Shown: one piece after another, positions 11,301 to 21,414 of the stretch | Numbering within the stretch: position 1 is the stretch's first letter | Layout of the letters: every line of letters starts with the position of its first letter | Assembly: GCA_003707115.1 (NCBI GenBank) | Contig: PPNB01000038.1 | Span: 1-55,255, forward strand | Length of the DNA: 55,255 nt | Origin: Tortispora ganteri | Taxonomy: Eukaryota | Direction of reading: 5' to 3' | The notes under the pieces: generated by a model | Seen by the model: only the letters and a program-made list of their open reading frames with translations | Told to the model about the DNA's origin: nothing | The model's database searches: none | Translations under genes and position numbers: made by a program

Positions 11301-12882
11301 CCTTAAGTTCACGCACCGACTGTTCAGAATATATATTAGAACTCAAAGGAGACATTTCAAGAAGTTTTACAGCATTAGAGCGAATCTCGTCATAATTATT
11401 GAACACTAGATCCACAAGAAGACTCAAACATTCTTCATCAAAAATGCAAATAGAAAAAGGGAAATCCATCTGTCTTTTTTCGAAAAGTTTCGCGTCAAGC
11501 GTCTGGTCGACTGATGACGTTACAAGAAGAGACAAAATCTGTGTGCCGCACATCACCCAGGGATACTGGGAGCCAGGCCAGATAAGCGATTTGGCAAATG
11601 TAACGAGATTCTCACAAAATCTTTTAGCTGATCCAAGTACAGCTTCCTCCTTCAATGTGTCTTCTTGCGAGAGCTTAGAGTTCTTCCGCAACGCTCTGTC
11701 GGCGGCATAAGAGCTCGTACGAAGCCTGCGTATGAGATGTCTAAGGTTACTAAAGAAGATATTGCGGAATTCAGCGTCAGATTCAAAAGCAAATTCATGT
11801 AGACTGGTTTGGATCATGTTTAATATTTTGTCGGAGACCGGGCGCGAGGTCTGAGGCGACGATACCAGCAACGAGAAAGTGTCAAGGCGAATTGGAGCAG
11901 ATAAATGGTGCAAGAGTTGTATAAGAAGTTCGTCAGTTATGATATCTGCTAAAGGATGTTTCTCCTCGCTGATATTATACTGGCCGTTAGACTGGCCTAT
12001 TTGGATACAGGCAATGAAAGCTGCAATCTCGTCCTCTGTGCTTGCAGGACCTACAGCCAGCGACTTTGCAAATGACAAGTACGCTGATGTTGACACTTTG
12101 AACAAGCCTGGTAACAGGTAATTGGCTAGATTCTTTCTGTTCTGCGGTATTAGTAGCGCTTTGTGTAGCGGCTGGCGCCAGTACGCGAGCCATTTTTCTG
12201 CTGCCATTTCTATACATGATTCATCGGTCGTTAGCTCAGCATACGCCGAGTTTAAGATACGCAACAATGACCTTGCGAGTGGGTTCGCAAGGGTAGGCGT
12301 AGACATAAGCATAAGCGTATTTTCGACAAATGCACTAGAGTGTGAAAGTATACACAGTCCGCCTAGAGGTTTGGAAAGGTACGAAAGCGCCGTGTATACG
12401 ACTTTTCTAGTTGGTGCCAGGTGCAGAAGATCGACCAGCCACGTTTCAAGCATAGCTTTCTGTGCGTTACAGCCTAACACAAGCTCTGAAAACGTCAAAG
12501 TCTTTAGAAAAACTTCCTTTATAGCGTTGGCTACCGGCGCATTTGATTCGTTCCAAAAGTCAATCACCGCAGACAACACACGCAAAAATTGCGCTTCGTC
12601 AAACACCTCTCGTGCTTCACTGAGCACCTTACCATCTATATTGCACAGCTGCGTGATTCTGAATATCGTTAAGGCAAGACAGTCCGCTGATAGAACGCGC
12701 GAGGGACCAAATCCTTCAGAACGCTCAAGATTGGTTATAGCATCATCATACCAGCTTTTCACCAACTTAAAGTCACGTGGTATATCAGCAGGCGTCAGAT
12801 CTATAAGTTTTCGACTTTCTTTAATGAGTAATTCGATATGCGCATCGTCATTCTGAGGATTCGCAGGGCCTACAGCTGCCAT
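8377..12882 (-). CDS. TRM732: THADA/Trm732 HEAT-repeat tRNA 2'-O-methylation cofactor (DUF2428)
   Basis: SPEGNLP, AWRSIKEAS, IRHRGAF, TRRSGGLP, VHAFNC, WKVREMAAR motifs; 1501 aa. Confidence 0.9.
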   Translation of the reverse strand: MAAVGPANPQNDDAHIELLIKESRKLIDLTPADIPRDFKLVKSWYDDAITNLERSEGFGPSRVLSADCLALTIFRITQLCNIDGKVLSEAREVFDEAQFLRVLSAVIDFWNESNAPVANAIKEVFLKTLTFSELVLGCNAQKAMLETWLVDLLHLAPTRKVVYTALSYLSKPLGGLCILSHSSAFVENTLMLMSTPTLANPLARSLLRILNSAYAELTTDESCIEMAAEKWLAYWRQPLHKALLIPQNRKNLANYLLPGLFKVSTSAYLSFAKSLAVGPASTEDEIAAFIACIQIGQSNGQYNISEEKHPLADIITDELLIQLLHHLSAPIRLDTFSLLVSSPQTSRPVSDKILNMIQTSLHEFAFESDAEFRNIFFSNLRHLIRRLRTSSYAADRALRKNSKLSQEDTLKEEAVLGSAKRFCENLVTFAKSLIWPGSQYPWVMCGTQILSLLVTSSVDQTLDAKLFEKRQMDFPFSICIFDEECLSLLVDLVFNNYDEIRSNAVKLLEMSPLSSNIYSEQSVRELKERAMSMLSGLRFREADAAARLFDLCFLLLYRSDDSSRLEFDLFLSLIDEAEERIRQAQANIANSVKNVPIHGVFIALQLIIGRIYYKPLQKGLKAPVPRHYPLMKEQLHRLLSLTNDTWLLVKDILSHDSPEGNLPLDFELDLQDNDNLENPEHSQAQVILSFAWRSIKEASYLQEIVMSVVPNDLVEDNDVEKVGILLSEELLTIRHRGAFSSVYPAYIACCKRCLRLPSLYMNNLPEEWLAKNIETLTSATQFITRRSGGLPFLITAVLAAGYSGEKTLQLLDQTYSKLEDICHYPLPEKTVITDSDFELPQVHAFNCIRFLFIEARLAEYCGFLADKALVIAISYFDSEIWALRNCAVMLYTSLQTRMFGNSRFQVSRFSQTCMPAKKFFSQYKSSRGVLLKFLETQTNASDKAIIEAIYPVLSLISRLEVSDSYEGLDEFKPYILKCLDSKIWKVREMAARTLSSLYCNDLTGFTESLLVSLSTGNQNQLHGNLMAARFLIESIQKGSYAPNHWESILLDKFFIIYNQCPVTCLEFARLCISFSQTENSELQRKLLAFLDSTLVDSNTQKELEPTLRMLIAELMSHFLGWTHLQNNEDKFMDLVVKGMNCNYYEVRLAIINIVTQMDLSAVSVFRICEQLLYTLKRETWNYLRGQEVKCFCDMFLKGFVLDERKALEVAQDPDCLWQMLVQEAENIYANSVSENSLRLLGVFAAIAQNQKDSSKLDIWLQLVQKASDDNSPFSTRSAAIGSVESYFIACYVLKCLPSFEVAAMLLTFLVDDSMEIREKGAVLGCKFMKLSVTYNPVYTARVLREYLANLSPLKFANICIKQISGYKYKANEIFADLNADNALFAVEKQNLNRNDVFEIQQYKEVLNEILNKETKLASFEALCHDSVEVVSQFTRELKLASQFWSSDPETFVTGYRIISVASLYLKHRNLYELQSLDDQIALLEKELRHKDIHILWKRGLQ

Positions 12883-13205
12883 TTGCCTGGTTAAGGTTGG
12901 CTAACTTTCTCGGAATGCTAAATTTTCTCGGAACTCCATTCACAAAGGCCACAATTTCACTTCTAGTATATTTTTTTTCTATAGTATACACTGCTACAAA
13001 TACACTTATTAAAGTGTCTGCATTCATATATATTTCTAGAAATTTATTAAACCACTTTGAGCAGTAATCAGACGAGATATCGGTCATTTATAGTATAAGC
13101 CGCATTACCCAATTAGGAACTTTTTTCCCGCCTAACCTGCGCTCGACCGTCTTCTCCTTTATAAACACGCGCACTTCCTCATAACTGCCCTTTTTCACTA
13201 AGCCT

Positions 13206-14129
13206 ATGTCTGAACAAAATAAAGATTACCTTCTCAGTACCCCGTTGCACGGCTACATCATCCCATCGTGTCTGCTGATCTTTGGCGCGTTCATCGTCAA
13301 GAAGGAGTGGGTGGGCTACGCTGCTGCTCTGGCTGCTGCTCTGGCTGGTGTCAAGTACACTCTCAGTAGACCGCGAAAAGTGCTGCACCGCACAGAATTT
13401 CAGGAGTTTGAGCTCATAGAGAAGTTTATAGTTTCGCATAACTCTGCAATTTACAGGTTCAAACTCCCTAACCCGAACGACGTCCTAGGCCTTCCAATCG
13501 GTCAACATGTAGTACTCGCTGCAGAGTGCGACGGCGCAGAAGTAATGCGCTCCTACACTCCGATCACCTCGGACGATGACACCAGAGGTTACGTCGATAT
13601 CCTGATAAAGTCTTATCCACAAGGTAATATCTCCAAGAAAGTTGCGTCTATGGCTATTGGCCAGACTATCAAAATGCGCGGACCCAAGGGACAGTTCACC
13701 TACCAGCCCAATATCGTTAAAACTCTCGATATGATTGCTGGAGGGTCAGGTATTACTCCTATGCTTCAGATCATCAAGGCCGTACTCAAGAATCCTAAAG
13801 ATAAAACTAAAATCACACTTATCTATGCTAACGTTAACCACGACGACATCTTGCTCAAGGACGACCTCGACGCTTTGGCCGCAAAATATCCCGATAGATT
13901 TAAAGTCAAGTATGTCCTCAACAACCCACCTGAAGTTTGGGATGGATACGTTGGTTTCGTCACTACTGATATCTTAAAAGAGCACTTAAACCCTCCGAGC
14001 GACGACACTAAAGTCCTCATTTGCGGGCCTCCTCCTATGGTCTCTGCAATGAAGAAAGCCGTGCAAGAACTGGGCTTCGAAAAACCAAAACCAGTCTCAA
14101 AAATGGACCATCAAGTGTTTGTTTTCTAG
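13206..14129 (+). CDS. CBR1: NADH-cytochrome b5 reductase
   Basis: N-terminal [41 protein letters not shown] end. Confidence 0.95.
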   Translation: MSEQNKDYLLSTPLHGYIIPSCLLIFGAFIVKKEWVGYAAALAAALAGVKYTLSRPRKVLHRTEFQEFELIEKFIVSHNSAIYRFKLPNPNDVLGLPIGQHVVLAAECDGAEVMRSYTPITSDDDTRGYVDILIKSYPQGNISKKVASMAIGQTIKMRGPKGQFTYQPNIVKTLDMIAGGSGITPMLQIIKAVLKNPKDKTKITLIYANVNHDDILLKDDLDALAAKYPDRFKVKYVLNNPPEVWDGYVGFVTTDILKEHLNPPSDDTKVLICGPPPMVSAMKKAVQELGFEKPKPVSKMDHQVFVF

Positions 14130-14256
14130 TTGCGTTTCTTATAAGTAATTTTTTTGAGTGCTTGTGCACAACAATGTAATCATAAAAAATGTGAAAGTGA
14201 TGAGGTCAACTTAATAAACTACAGATTACTAAATAAATAATAAATAAACAGAGCGC

Positions 14257-15960
14257 TTATATCTCTGTATAGGCATCCATAACACGAGTCAAAGTCTGCA
14301 CAAAGAAAACAAAGTTGATATGTTCTTTCATATCAACTCTTTCATCAACGGCATGAATTTTTGTCTCCCACATACCAGTCATTGCTGCGAATCTGTAGAT
14401 ATTTTTGCACAGATTCCAGTAGTATTTGGTATCGGTATTAGCCGGCATAAGAGAAGGCGTGACAATGATTGGCGGGTATGATTGAAACTCCTCAAACGTC
14501 AAACGAACAGCGCCAGCAAGTTTGCCAAAAACATCATTCTTAGGAGAGATAGGAGCAGGCCTCAATTGGGGCGCGAGGTTGGTCACGTTGAAGTAACCGG
14601 CCTCAGTTGCAGCAATGAGTTGCTCTCCAAAGGCGTAAAGACCTACACCATGCTTTTTAGCAACACTAGTAACAACCTTGAGATAACGTTCATTGAGAGC
14701 CTCTAAGGTATCCCCGTTTGCAACGCGATAATTGGTAATAAGATAAGAATATTCGGGAAGAGCGTTGGCTTTATCACCACCGAAAATAACATCATTGGCT
14801 TGAGTAGTGCTCATCAAACAAGCGACAGGGCCAAATAACTCTTTCAGTTTCCAGCGGAGGAGAAGCTTAATAGGCTTTATATCCATGTGAAGTAAAACTT
14901 TTCTCACAATAAAAGAGAGAGATTTGGCATGCTTACCAGCGCACTGGAGATGAGAAACTATTGGAGAATCCATGTCGATAATAGGTTTCTGGAGGTTTTT
15001 ATTTTCCAGGTCAGTAACAACCTCAGACAAGATTCCCACACCGGTGTGATCAGGCGGGACAGATGAATGGCCACCAGGAGTGTGTAGTGCAATTTTTATA
15101 TCGGCGAACCCCTTTTCAGAAGTAGCTACATGGGCAAAGAAGGTGCCTGCAATCTCGTGAATACCGTCTCCTTCGTCGAGGATCAAAGCCATGGAGTCGG
15201 GACCGTATCTCTTTTCAATAAAAGGAGCAAGGGTGGACGCACCATAGATACCAGAGATTTCCTCATCGAAACCGAAAGCAAGGAGCACAGTTCTTTGTGG
15301 CTTGAAGTCAAGTTCCTCGATCAAATAAGTGAGAGCTTCAAGTACGCCAATGAGGTTGTTCTTGCAGTCAAGAGAACCACGTCCGTGTAGGAAGGTACCA
15401 TCAAAGTGACCAGAAAAAGGAGGATATGTCCATTGGTTCCACGTGTCAGCTGGAACGGTAACGACATCTTGGTGGGCCATGTAGAGAATAGGCTTGAGAT
15501 CTTTATTAGATCCTTCCCAAGTCAGCAACAAGTTGTATGTATTAACAGTTTCTACTTTGAACTTCGAGTAGATACTGGGGAAAGATTCTTTCAAGTATTT
15601 GTGAAAATCGGTAAAAATATCCCATCGAGAATCCTCACCTACAGGCGCCATGTCATCGTATGTCTCGGTAGGAATACGGACAGCACCACCAAGCAGCTCG
15701 ACGGACCTTTGCAGATACTTAGGGTCGTTGAAGTAATCAAACTCAGAGTTCTTAAATCCTTCAGGTTTGGCGATAGGGTACTGGTCGCACACACCTGAGT
15801 ATCCGGAAATAGCTAACTTGGTACCGTTTACGATCGGGCCTATGCCCACCCCGTACAGGCCGACAGCCAGTGCACCGAAAACGAGAGCGACGGTACTTAC
15901 TGGCTTTCCGGCCTTTTCCCTAGACGTCCCCTTTTTCGATGACAAAGACTTTTTAGCCAT
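14257..15960 (-). CDS. CPS1: Vacuolar carboxypeptidase S (M20 Gly-Xaa carboxypeptidase)
   Basis: Lys-rich tail plus TM, AHQDVV, GRGSLDCK, GFDEE, GGHSSVPP, IHAVDE; first ATG at 15960. Confidence 0.9.
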   Translation of the reverse strand: MAKKSLSSKKGTSREKAGKPVSTVALVFGALAVGLYGVGIGPIVNGTKLAISGYSGVCDQYPIAKPEGFKNSEFDYFNDPKYLQRSVELLGGAVRIPTETYDDMAPVGEDSRWDIFTDFHKYLKESFPSIYSKFKVETVNTYNLLLTWEGSNKDLKPILYMAHQDVVTVPADTWNQWTYPPFSGHFDGTFLHGRGSLDCKNNLIGVLEALTYLIEELDFKPQRTVLLAFGFDEEISGIYGASTLAPFIEKRYGPDSMALILDEGDGIHEIAGTFFAHVATSEKGFADIKIALHTPGGHSSVPPDHTGVGILSEVVTDLENKNLQKPIIDMDSPIVSHLQCAGKHAKSLSFIVRKVLLHMDIKPIKLLLRWKLKELFGPVACLMSTTQANDVIFGGDKANALPEYSYLITNYRVANGDTLEALNERYLKVVTSVAKKHGVGLYAFGEQLIAATEAGYFNVTNLAPQLRPAPISPKNDVFGKLAGAVRLTFEEFQSYPPIIVTPSLMPANTDTKYYWNLCKNIYRFAAMTGMWETKIHAVDERVDMKEHINFVFFVQTLTRVMDAYTEI

Positions 15961-16759
15961 ATTACTGGATACTAACAATGATTACGAACGCCTCTGTAAG
16001 CGCGGCCCTATTTATAGTGTTTTATCAATTTGTGTACAAACAAGCGCTGCGTGCAAACTCTATATTAAGCTTTCGTGGAACATGCTACGCATGATTAGTA
16101 TCCACGAGGCGCCAGTCGCCATCTGCGTGCGCAAGCGAAATGTTCTGTGGGCCATTGACTCCGCTGTATAACCCCGATACAAGGAAAATCGTACAGAAAA
16201 TTAGGTTGAACAGCTGCTTCAGCGCATATTTCTGTTGAGGTTACTTAACTTACCGCGAATAAGGGTAATTAGAAAGCCGCCGTGATATGTCCATTGAAAC
16301 CTTATATTAACTGCTATTTCCTGTATTTATCTATACCGTCTCGAATGTCCTCCTTCCCTATATATAGCAATCGCTACACAATCTTACCGATTTATGCAAC
16401 AGTATCACTGATAATTGTGTTGTTAGTCTCTAGTCACTGATGAATTCATAGCGGAACATTCAATTATAACTGCTCTTTTTGTCATACCCAAAAGCTTTAC
16501 TATAAGTCCTTACCCTCAACCCTCAATCTACAATCCCGCCAGCGGGAACCGTGTGGTGCCGCCATATATTGACTATTGCATGACTATAAAAGGCTCAGAC
16601 AAGCTGCCGGATAGCTCGTCAAGTAGCAAGGAGAAGAAACTGTCAAAGGGCCATGAAGATGTAGTGGGTGCGTGGTTTAAGTCCAAGTCACTAGCTCGCC
16701 CCAAATCCCTGTTAAAGAAGCCTGCGAAACTGTCAACCACCTCGAACAAGACGGCGCAA

Positions 16760-18607
16760 ATGGAAAAATCAATTCAAGAACTCACAGACATGGGGTTTCC
16801 TGCTGAAAAGAGTCAAGAGGCGCTGCTCAAAGCGAATAACAGCGTCAACACAGCTATCGGCTACTTGCTCGAGTCCAGTTCCGACGCCATAGAGGCCGAT
16901 TCGCCCACGCCGTTAGATGATCCGCCCAGTTATAATGATGTGCTAGATGATTCGCTATCCAGCTCATTTGTCTCAGATGCCAAGTTTCGTCCTGTACAAG
17001 ACGGTGTCACTTATGACGCTTCACAATGGGGAATGGTTCTGGCGAACCCCAGTCACATAGAGTCTCAACCTCACAGTTCAAACGATACTGTAGATCGTAT
17101 CGATGTCGATAAAGCTACCAGTTTTGTCGAAAGTAATCGGAGCGCATCTAGCGATAGACTTAGCATGTATCCCGTTGTTAGCACAACAGAGGTTGACGAT
17201 ACCACTGAATCCAGTACAGTCAGCGAGGATAAACCAATGCCACTCTATCGAGACTCGCATGCCATTCCAGTATTTCTGCCTTGCAAAGATCCATTTTTTG
17301 AATATCTGGGCCAGATATTAAATGTACTTTACGCAATACCGGGAGTCCGGTATGGTTTAGCCTCGAAATATGCAGATTTAGTTACCGAATATGAGTCGCC
17401 TGACACATGGGTAAATGCTGATCTTTCCAGGCCTGATTTTGTGCATACCCCGGACGTTAAAGAAAGCTATATAGAAATACAACAGCTTTTTATTGCTGCA
17501 CAGTTGTCTCGTCGTGCATACTTTCCTGTGAATCGCCTTGCATTCACTTTGAGTGAAAACCAATTAGGCTCCCTCGATAATAGGACCAGTGTTGACCTAA
17601 CTATACTATTTGAGCGGTTTCCAGAGTTATTTGAAACGACTGTTTTTGCCGCAAACGAATACTCTAAATTTGTTACCTTGGTGTTGGACTTAAATATCTT
17701 GCAACCTCCAACTAAGTCGCTGTCTCTTATGATAGAAAGCTATTTTGTCGAATTATCCTGCAGACCTATTATCACACAACTGGCACACTGCTTTCTGTTC
17801 ATTATACACACAAATACTGATCCTGACGCACTTGATATACCGAAAGAGTGGTATCCCGATAGTTACATGGAACATTGTCAGGATTACTTGAGGAAATTAC
17901 AGGAGAAATATGAAAGCTGCCTAAACGAGCAAAAGGCATATACTAGAGAGCTTGAAATGCTCAAATTCTATGACGGATATAAAGTGAGTGAGATGATCGA
18001 AGTATCTGTAAAAATGCTTGATGAGCTTGCTGCGCAAAAGGATACTTCTGAGGTGACTTTCAAGGGAATGGCTGTGGCTTCTGATGCAGCTAAGAAAAGC
18101 AGTCACTCTCCCCTGGCACTTGAACTCCAACTGATACAAGAGCGGGTAACTAGCCGGATATCGGAAATAGAAAAGTATCTTGAAGACCTTTCGGATGAGA
18201 TTGAGCAGATTCGATCGCGACATTTTGCTCCTTCGCATGATGATCCTCCAGATACGCCATGGTTGCACAGGTACTTGCTTTCAGGCGTTCTGATAGATAG
18301 TGACATTGTTTATACTCGCTCTTCCTCGACATATAATAATTCAATTTGGAACAAGATTGAATTTAAAGGTCTAGGACGAGATGATGAACCAATGTACTCA
18401 GTGTCTGAGGTTTACTCAGACGACGTTCTTCAGGCCTGTCGAGTTACCGGTAATCATACCGTTCAAGTATTATATACGTCAGAGAAGATGTGGGAACAGC
18501 CTGCTGAAAGCAACTTAGGGCCAAGTCTGAAGAGGTTTGCTGACCAATTTAAAGAGTACGAGGCTGAAACTCACAACGTGCCTCAGCTTATTTACTTTGA
18601 CGATTGA
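16760..18607 (+). CDS. UBA-domain protein, Rup1-like (Rsp5/Ubp2 cofactor)
   Basis: N-terminal UBA (LTDMGF..SQEAL..NNSVNTAIGYLL) directly after ATG 16760, a PPSY motif, and a coiled coil. An in-frame upstream ATG exists at 16580, so the start is uncertain. Confidence 0.65.
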   Translation: MEKSIQELTDMGFPAEKSQEALLKANNSVNTAIGYLLESSSDAIEADSPTPLDDPPSYNDVLDDSLSSSFVSDAKFRPVQDGVTYDASQWGMVLANPSHIESQPHSSNDTVDRIDVDKATSFVESNRSASSDRLSMYPVVSTTEVDDTTESSTVSEDKPMPLYRDSHAIPVFLPCKDPFFEYLGQILNVLYAIPGVRYGLASKYADLVTEYESPDTWVNADLSRPDFVHTPDVKESYIEIQQLFIAAQLSRRAYFPVNRLAFTLSENQLGSLDNRTSVDLTILFERFPELFETTVFAANEYSKFVTLVLDLNILQPPTKSLSLMIESYFVELSCRPIITQLAHCFLFIIHTNTDPDALDIPKEWYPDSYMEHCQDYLRKLQEKYESCLNEQKAYTRELEMLKFYDGYKVSEMIEVSVKMLDELAAQKDTSEVTFKGMAVASDAAKKSSHSPLALELQLIQERVTSRISEIEKYLEDLSDEIEQIRSRHFAPSHDDPPDTPWLHRYLLSGVLIDSDIVYTRSSSTYNNSIWNKIEFKGLGRDDEPMYSVSEVYSDDVLQACRVTGNHTVQVLYTSEKMWEQPAESNLGPSLKRFADQFKEYEAETHNVPQLIYFDD

Positions 18608-18731
18608 ATGATACAACCTGTGTACAAGTGGATGCTACTGCAATTACGGTTAATTTTTGGCTTCCTATTTATATACTTGAAGTTGTAAGACCATATGATA
18701 GACAACTGGCGTGCCATATATTTTTTCAATC

Positions 18732-20060
18732 TCAGATCTTAGCCGCAATGTTATGTTGCTTGCGAAGACGCTCCACTTCGGCACTCTGTGCCTTAAGAAG
18801 AGCCGTAGTCCGTTCAGCGCGCTTCAATTCACGGCGGCCAAGTTGATCGCGATGAACTTCATCGGGGCCGTCAGCGATACGTAGAGTACGTTGGTTGGCA
18901 TAGGAGTAAGCCAATGGGAAATCCTGAGAGACACCGCCAGCACCATGGAGTTGAATGGCACGATCGATTACTCGTAAGGCCATTGAAGGAACGTAAATCT
19001 TAGCGGAAGAAATAAGTCCTTGAGCTTCCTTAGCACTGCTAACGTCAATCGCATGGGCGGCCTGTAGTACAAGAAGGCGACCAGCGTCGATGTCAATGCG
19101 AGCATCAGCAATGAAAGCCTTAACAGTAGCATGATCAGCAAGCACTTTTCCGAAAGTGCGTCTTTCCGGGCTAGTGACACGTGCAAGAATATAACGCAGA
19201 GCCTCTTCAGCGGCACCAATAGAACGCATACAGTGGTGGATCCGGCCGGGTCCTAGTCTGCCCTGGATGATTTCAAATCCACGTCCTTCACCAAGGACGA
19301 TATTCTTAGCAGGAACGCGGCAGTTAGTAAATTCAATCTCGCAGTGACCATGAGGTGCGTCGTCATAGCCGAAGATTCGAGTAGGACGAATAACTTTGGA
19401 TCCCGGGTGGTGTGCAGGAACAATGATTACTGACTGCTGCTTGTAGCGATCGGGGTTGTTAGGATCGGTCTTACCCATTACGAGCCATACTTTGCATCGA
19501 GGATCACCAGCACCTGAAGCCCACCATTTGCGACCATTGAGAACGTACTCGTTGCCTTCACGACGCATAGACAACTGAATGTTGGTAGCGTCAGAAGAAG
19601 CGGTGAAGCGCTCAGTCATGCAGAAAGCAGAACGGATGCGACCTTCGAGCAATGGAACTAGCCATTCGCGTTTCTGCTCCTCATTTGCGTACTTCGCAAA
19701 TACTTCCATGTTTCCAGTGTCAGGAGCTGCGCAGTTGACAGCCTCAGAGGCAACAAGGCAGCGACCAAGCTGTTCAGCCATGAGACCGTACTCAAGGTTA
19801 GTGAAGCCAGGGCCTTCTTTGTAGTGTGCATGCAAAAACATGTTCCACAATCCAAGCTTCTTAGCCTTAACCTTCAATTCTTCGATGATTGGAGGAACGC
19901 TAGCCCATCGCTTGGAAGGATCGTGAGAAACTTGCTCGTGATAAATAGTATCAGCGGGGATACATTCTTCGTCGACAAATTTCTTCACCTTTACAAGTGT
20001 TTCGTGAGCGCGTTTGCTAACCAAAGGCGCGACAACAGCTGGGTACAGTTCGTCAGACAT
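18732..20060 (-). CDS. Acyl-CoA dehydrogenase (ACAD10/11-type, stand-alone), PTS1-like AKI end
   Basis: NCAAPDTGNME, ASSDATNI, NGRKWW, QGRLGPGRIHHCMR, RIADGPDEVH. Confidence 0.95.
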   Translation of the reverse strand: MSDELYPAVVAPLVSKRAHETLVKVKKFVDEECIPADTIYHEQVSHDPSKRWASVPPIIEELKVKAKKLGLWNMFLHAHYKEGPGFTNLEYGLMAEQLGRCLVASEAVNCAAPDTGNMEVFAKYANEEQKREWLVPLLEGRIRSAFCMTERFTASSDATNIQLSMRREGNEYVLNGRKWWASGAGDPRCKVWLVMGKTDPNNPDRYKQQSVIIVPAHHPGSKVIRPTRIFGYDDAPHGHCEIEFTNCRVPAKNIVLGEGRGFEIIQGRLGPGRIHHCMRSIGAAEEALRYILARVTSPERRTFGKVLADHATVKAFIADARIDIDAGRLLVLQAAHAIDVSSAKEAQGLISSAKIYVPSMALRVIDRAIQLHGAGGVSQDFPLAYSYANQRTLRIADGPDEVHRDQLGRRELKRAERTTALLKAQSAEVERLRKQHNIAAKI

Positions 20061-20177
20061 TAATCGCAGTTTTTGAAGATATGTTTGAATGAACTAAGGT
20101 CTACTACGTATGCAGATTACCCCAACTTTTATATCTACTAATCGGGTCTATCAGCTGATGGGGAAAACTCTAAAACT

Positions 20178-20259
20178 GCGGGGGTAGACGCATATTAGGG
20201 TTACGCTTTTAGCGGGCATTTAGCGGGCATACCGAGGTAGCGACACTATGCAGCCGAGG
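20178..20259. promoter_or_regulatory. Upstream elements of the acyl-CoA dehydrogenase: two CCGAGG (FarA/Ctf1/Por1-type), one GCGGGG (Mig1/CreA-type) and a TTTAGCGGGCA direct repeat
   Basis: CCGAGG at 20232-37 and 20254-59; GCGGGG at 20178-83; repeat at about 20208-20230. Confidence 0.5.
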
Positions 20260-20720
20260 AGATGCGCAGAGAAGCTACTTAATTATGATAGGCATTTTCT
20301 TTTGCTAACTGGGTTACGGTTTAGTTTTATTGACCGGCAACGAGGTGATTTTTGCGTGGATCGGCGCAACCTGTGTGGTCGGTAATCGTTTACCGGCCCC
20401 CCGCGCCCGGGTGGGGAACTCCATAGCCTACCTATGAATTGGCTCGATGTTTTATAGGGCCACAAGAATACGTTGAATCTTTTTGAGTGGAAATACTGTG
20501 AAATCGGCAAACAGATCGACCGATCTCTAATTAGTTGATACCTTTACAGTTATCTCTGCACATAGCTGCACCGGGAGTAACAGTACACGGTTTATAAAGG
20601 ACGACGTAGAAACGAGAATTTGCATATATAATCCGGCGAAGTTTTTTATAAACTAAATAGAAAAATGAGGTAGTGTCTGAGGAAATGTACGAACTAATGG
20701 GCGTATGCATTATTTCCATC

Positions 20721-21019
20721 TCACTCATTCGTCTTGCCCACTCCGAGGTCTTTGAACGTCAGAGTCACGGGTTTTCCTTTGGCGTATCTGCCTAGCTTAT
20801 GGTTCTGCAGCTTTTTGGAGCACGGAGAAAGGATGGTATCTGTCGGTGAAGGGAATGTGAAGCTGGTCTAGTTAGTATACCGCGGTACTGCAAGCGGTGA
20901 TGCAGACGTACGTACCTTTTAAGAATTTTTCTGTTCAAAAAGCTCTTCTGCAAACTGGAATGCGTGTTCAAATCAGTCTGATGTAGCGGTTCAATTTTTG
21001 AACTAACTGGTGATGTCAT
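20721..21019 (-). CDS. SPO12: Spo12 family mitotic-exit protein, 2 exons (21019-20916, 20862-20721), 81 aa
   Basis: Intron GTACGT(20915)...TACTAAC...CAG(20863). The spliced product contains FPSPTDTILSPCSKKLQNHK, the Spo12 signature. Confidence 0.9.
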
Positions 21020-21414
21020 TTTCGGATAATCACTTGCAAAGAAATAATATATGAAAGGGGAAAAAAGAAGGGATAGGTGTTATAAATGGATCTGGCATAT
21101 TTATTCACTTCCTAATTGGGATATAAATTAAAACTATATTAGAGCCGCCATATAGGCCGCGAAACGTCTTTTACACCAAGTGGCGATAGATTTCCACCTG
21201 CAATTACGGTGCACTTTATTATACCAATTAAATACCTTTTTTTTATCTAGTGTATTATGACCCTTTCTTGTCTTGCACTATCCGCGTACTATGATCTACA
21301 GTCTCAAGCTTAAGATACTCCTTGCGTTGCTAAGGGCAGGGCCAAACTGAAGCTTTTTTCTTTTGTCTGCAAGCCCTTTTTCAAGCCCATCATCTACGAC
21401 TTGATCTTTCGATA

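Noticed and set aside
16400..16565. Possible minus-strand spliced micro-gene (GTAAGG...ACTAAC...CAG)
   Set aside because: Non-consensus donor, and the product is about 33 aa with no recognisable motif.
20792..21019. 75-aa ORF in the track as a stand-alone gene
   Set aside because: It is the unspliced read-through of SPO12 exon 1.
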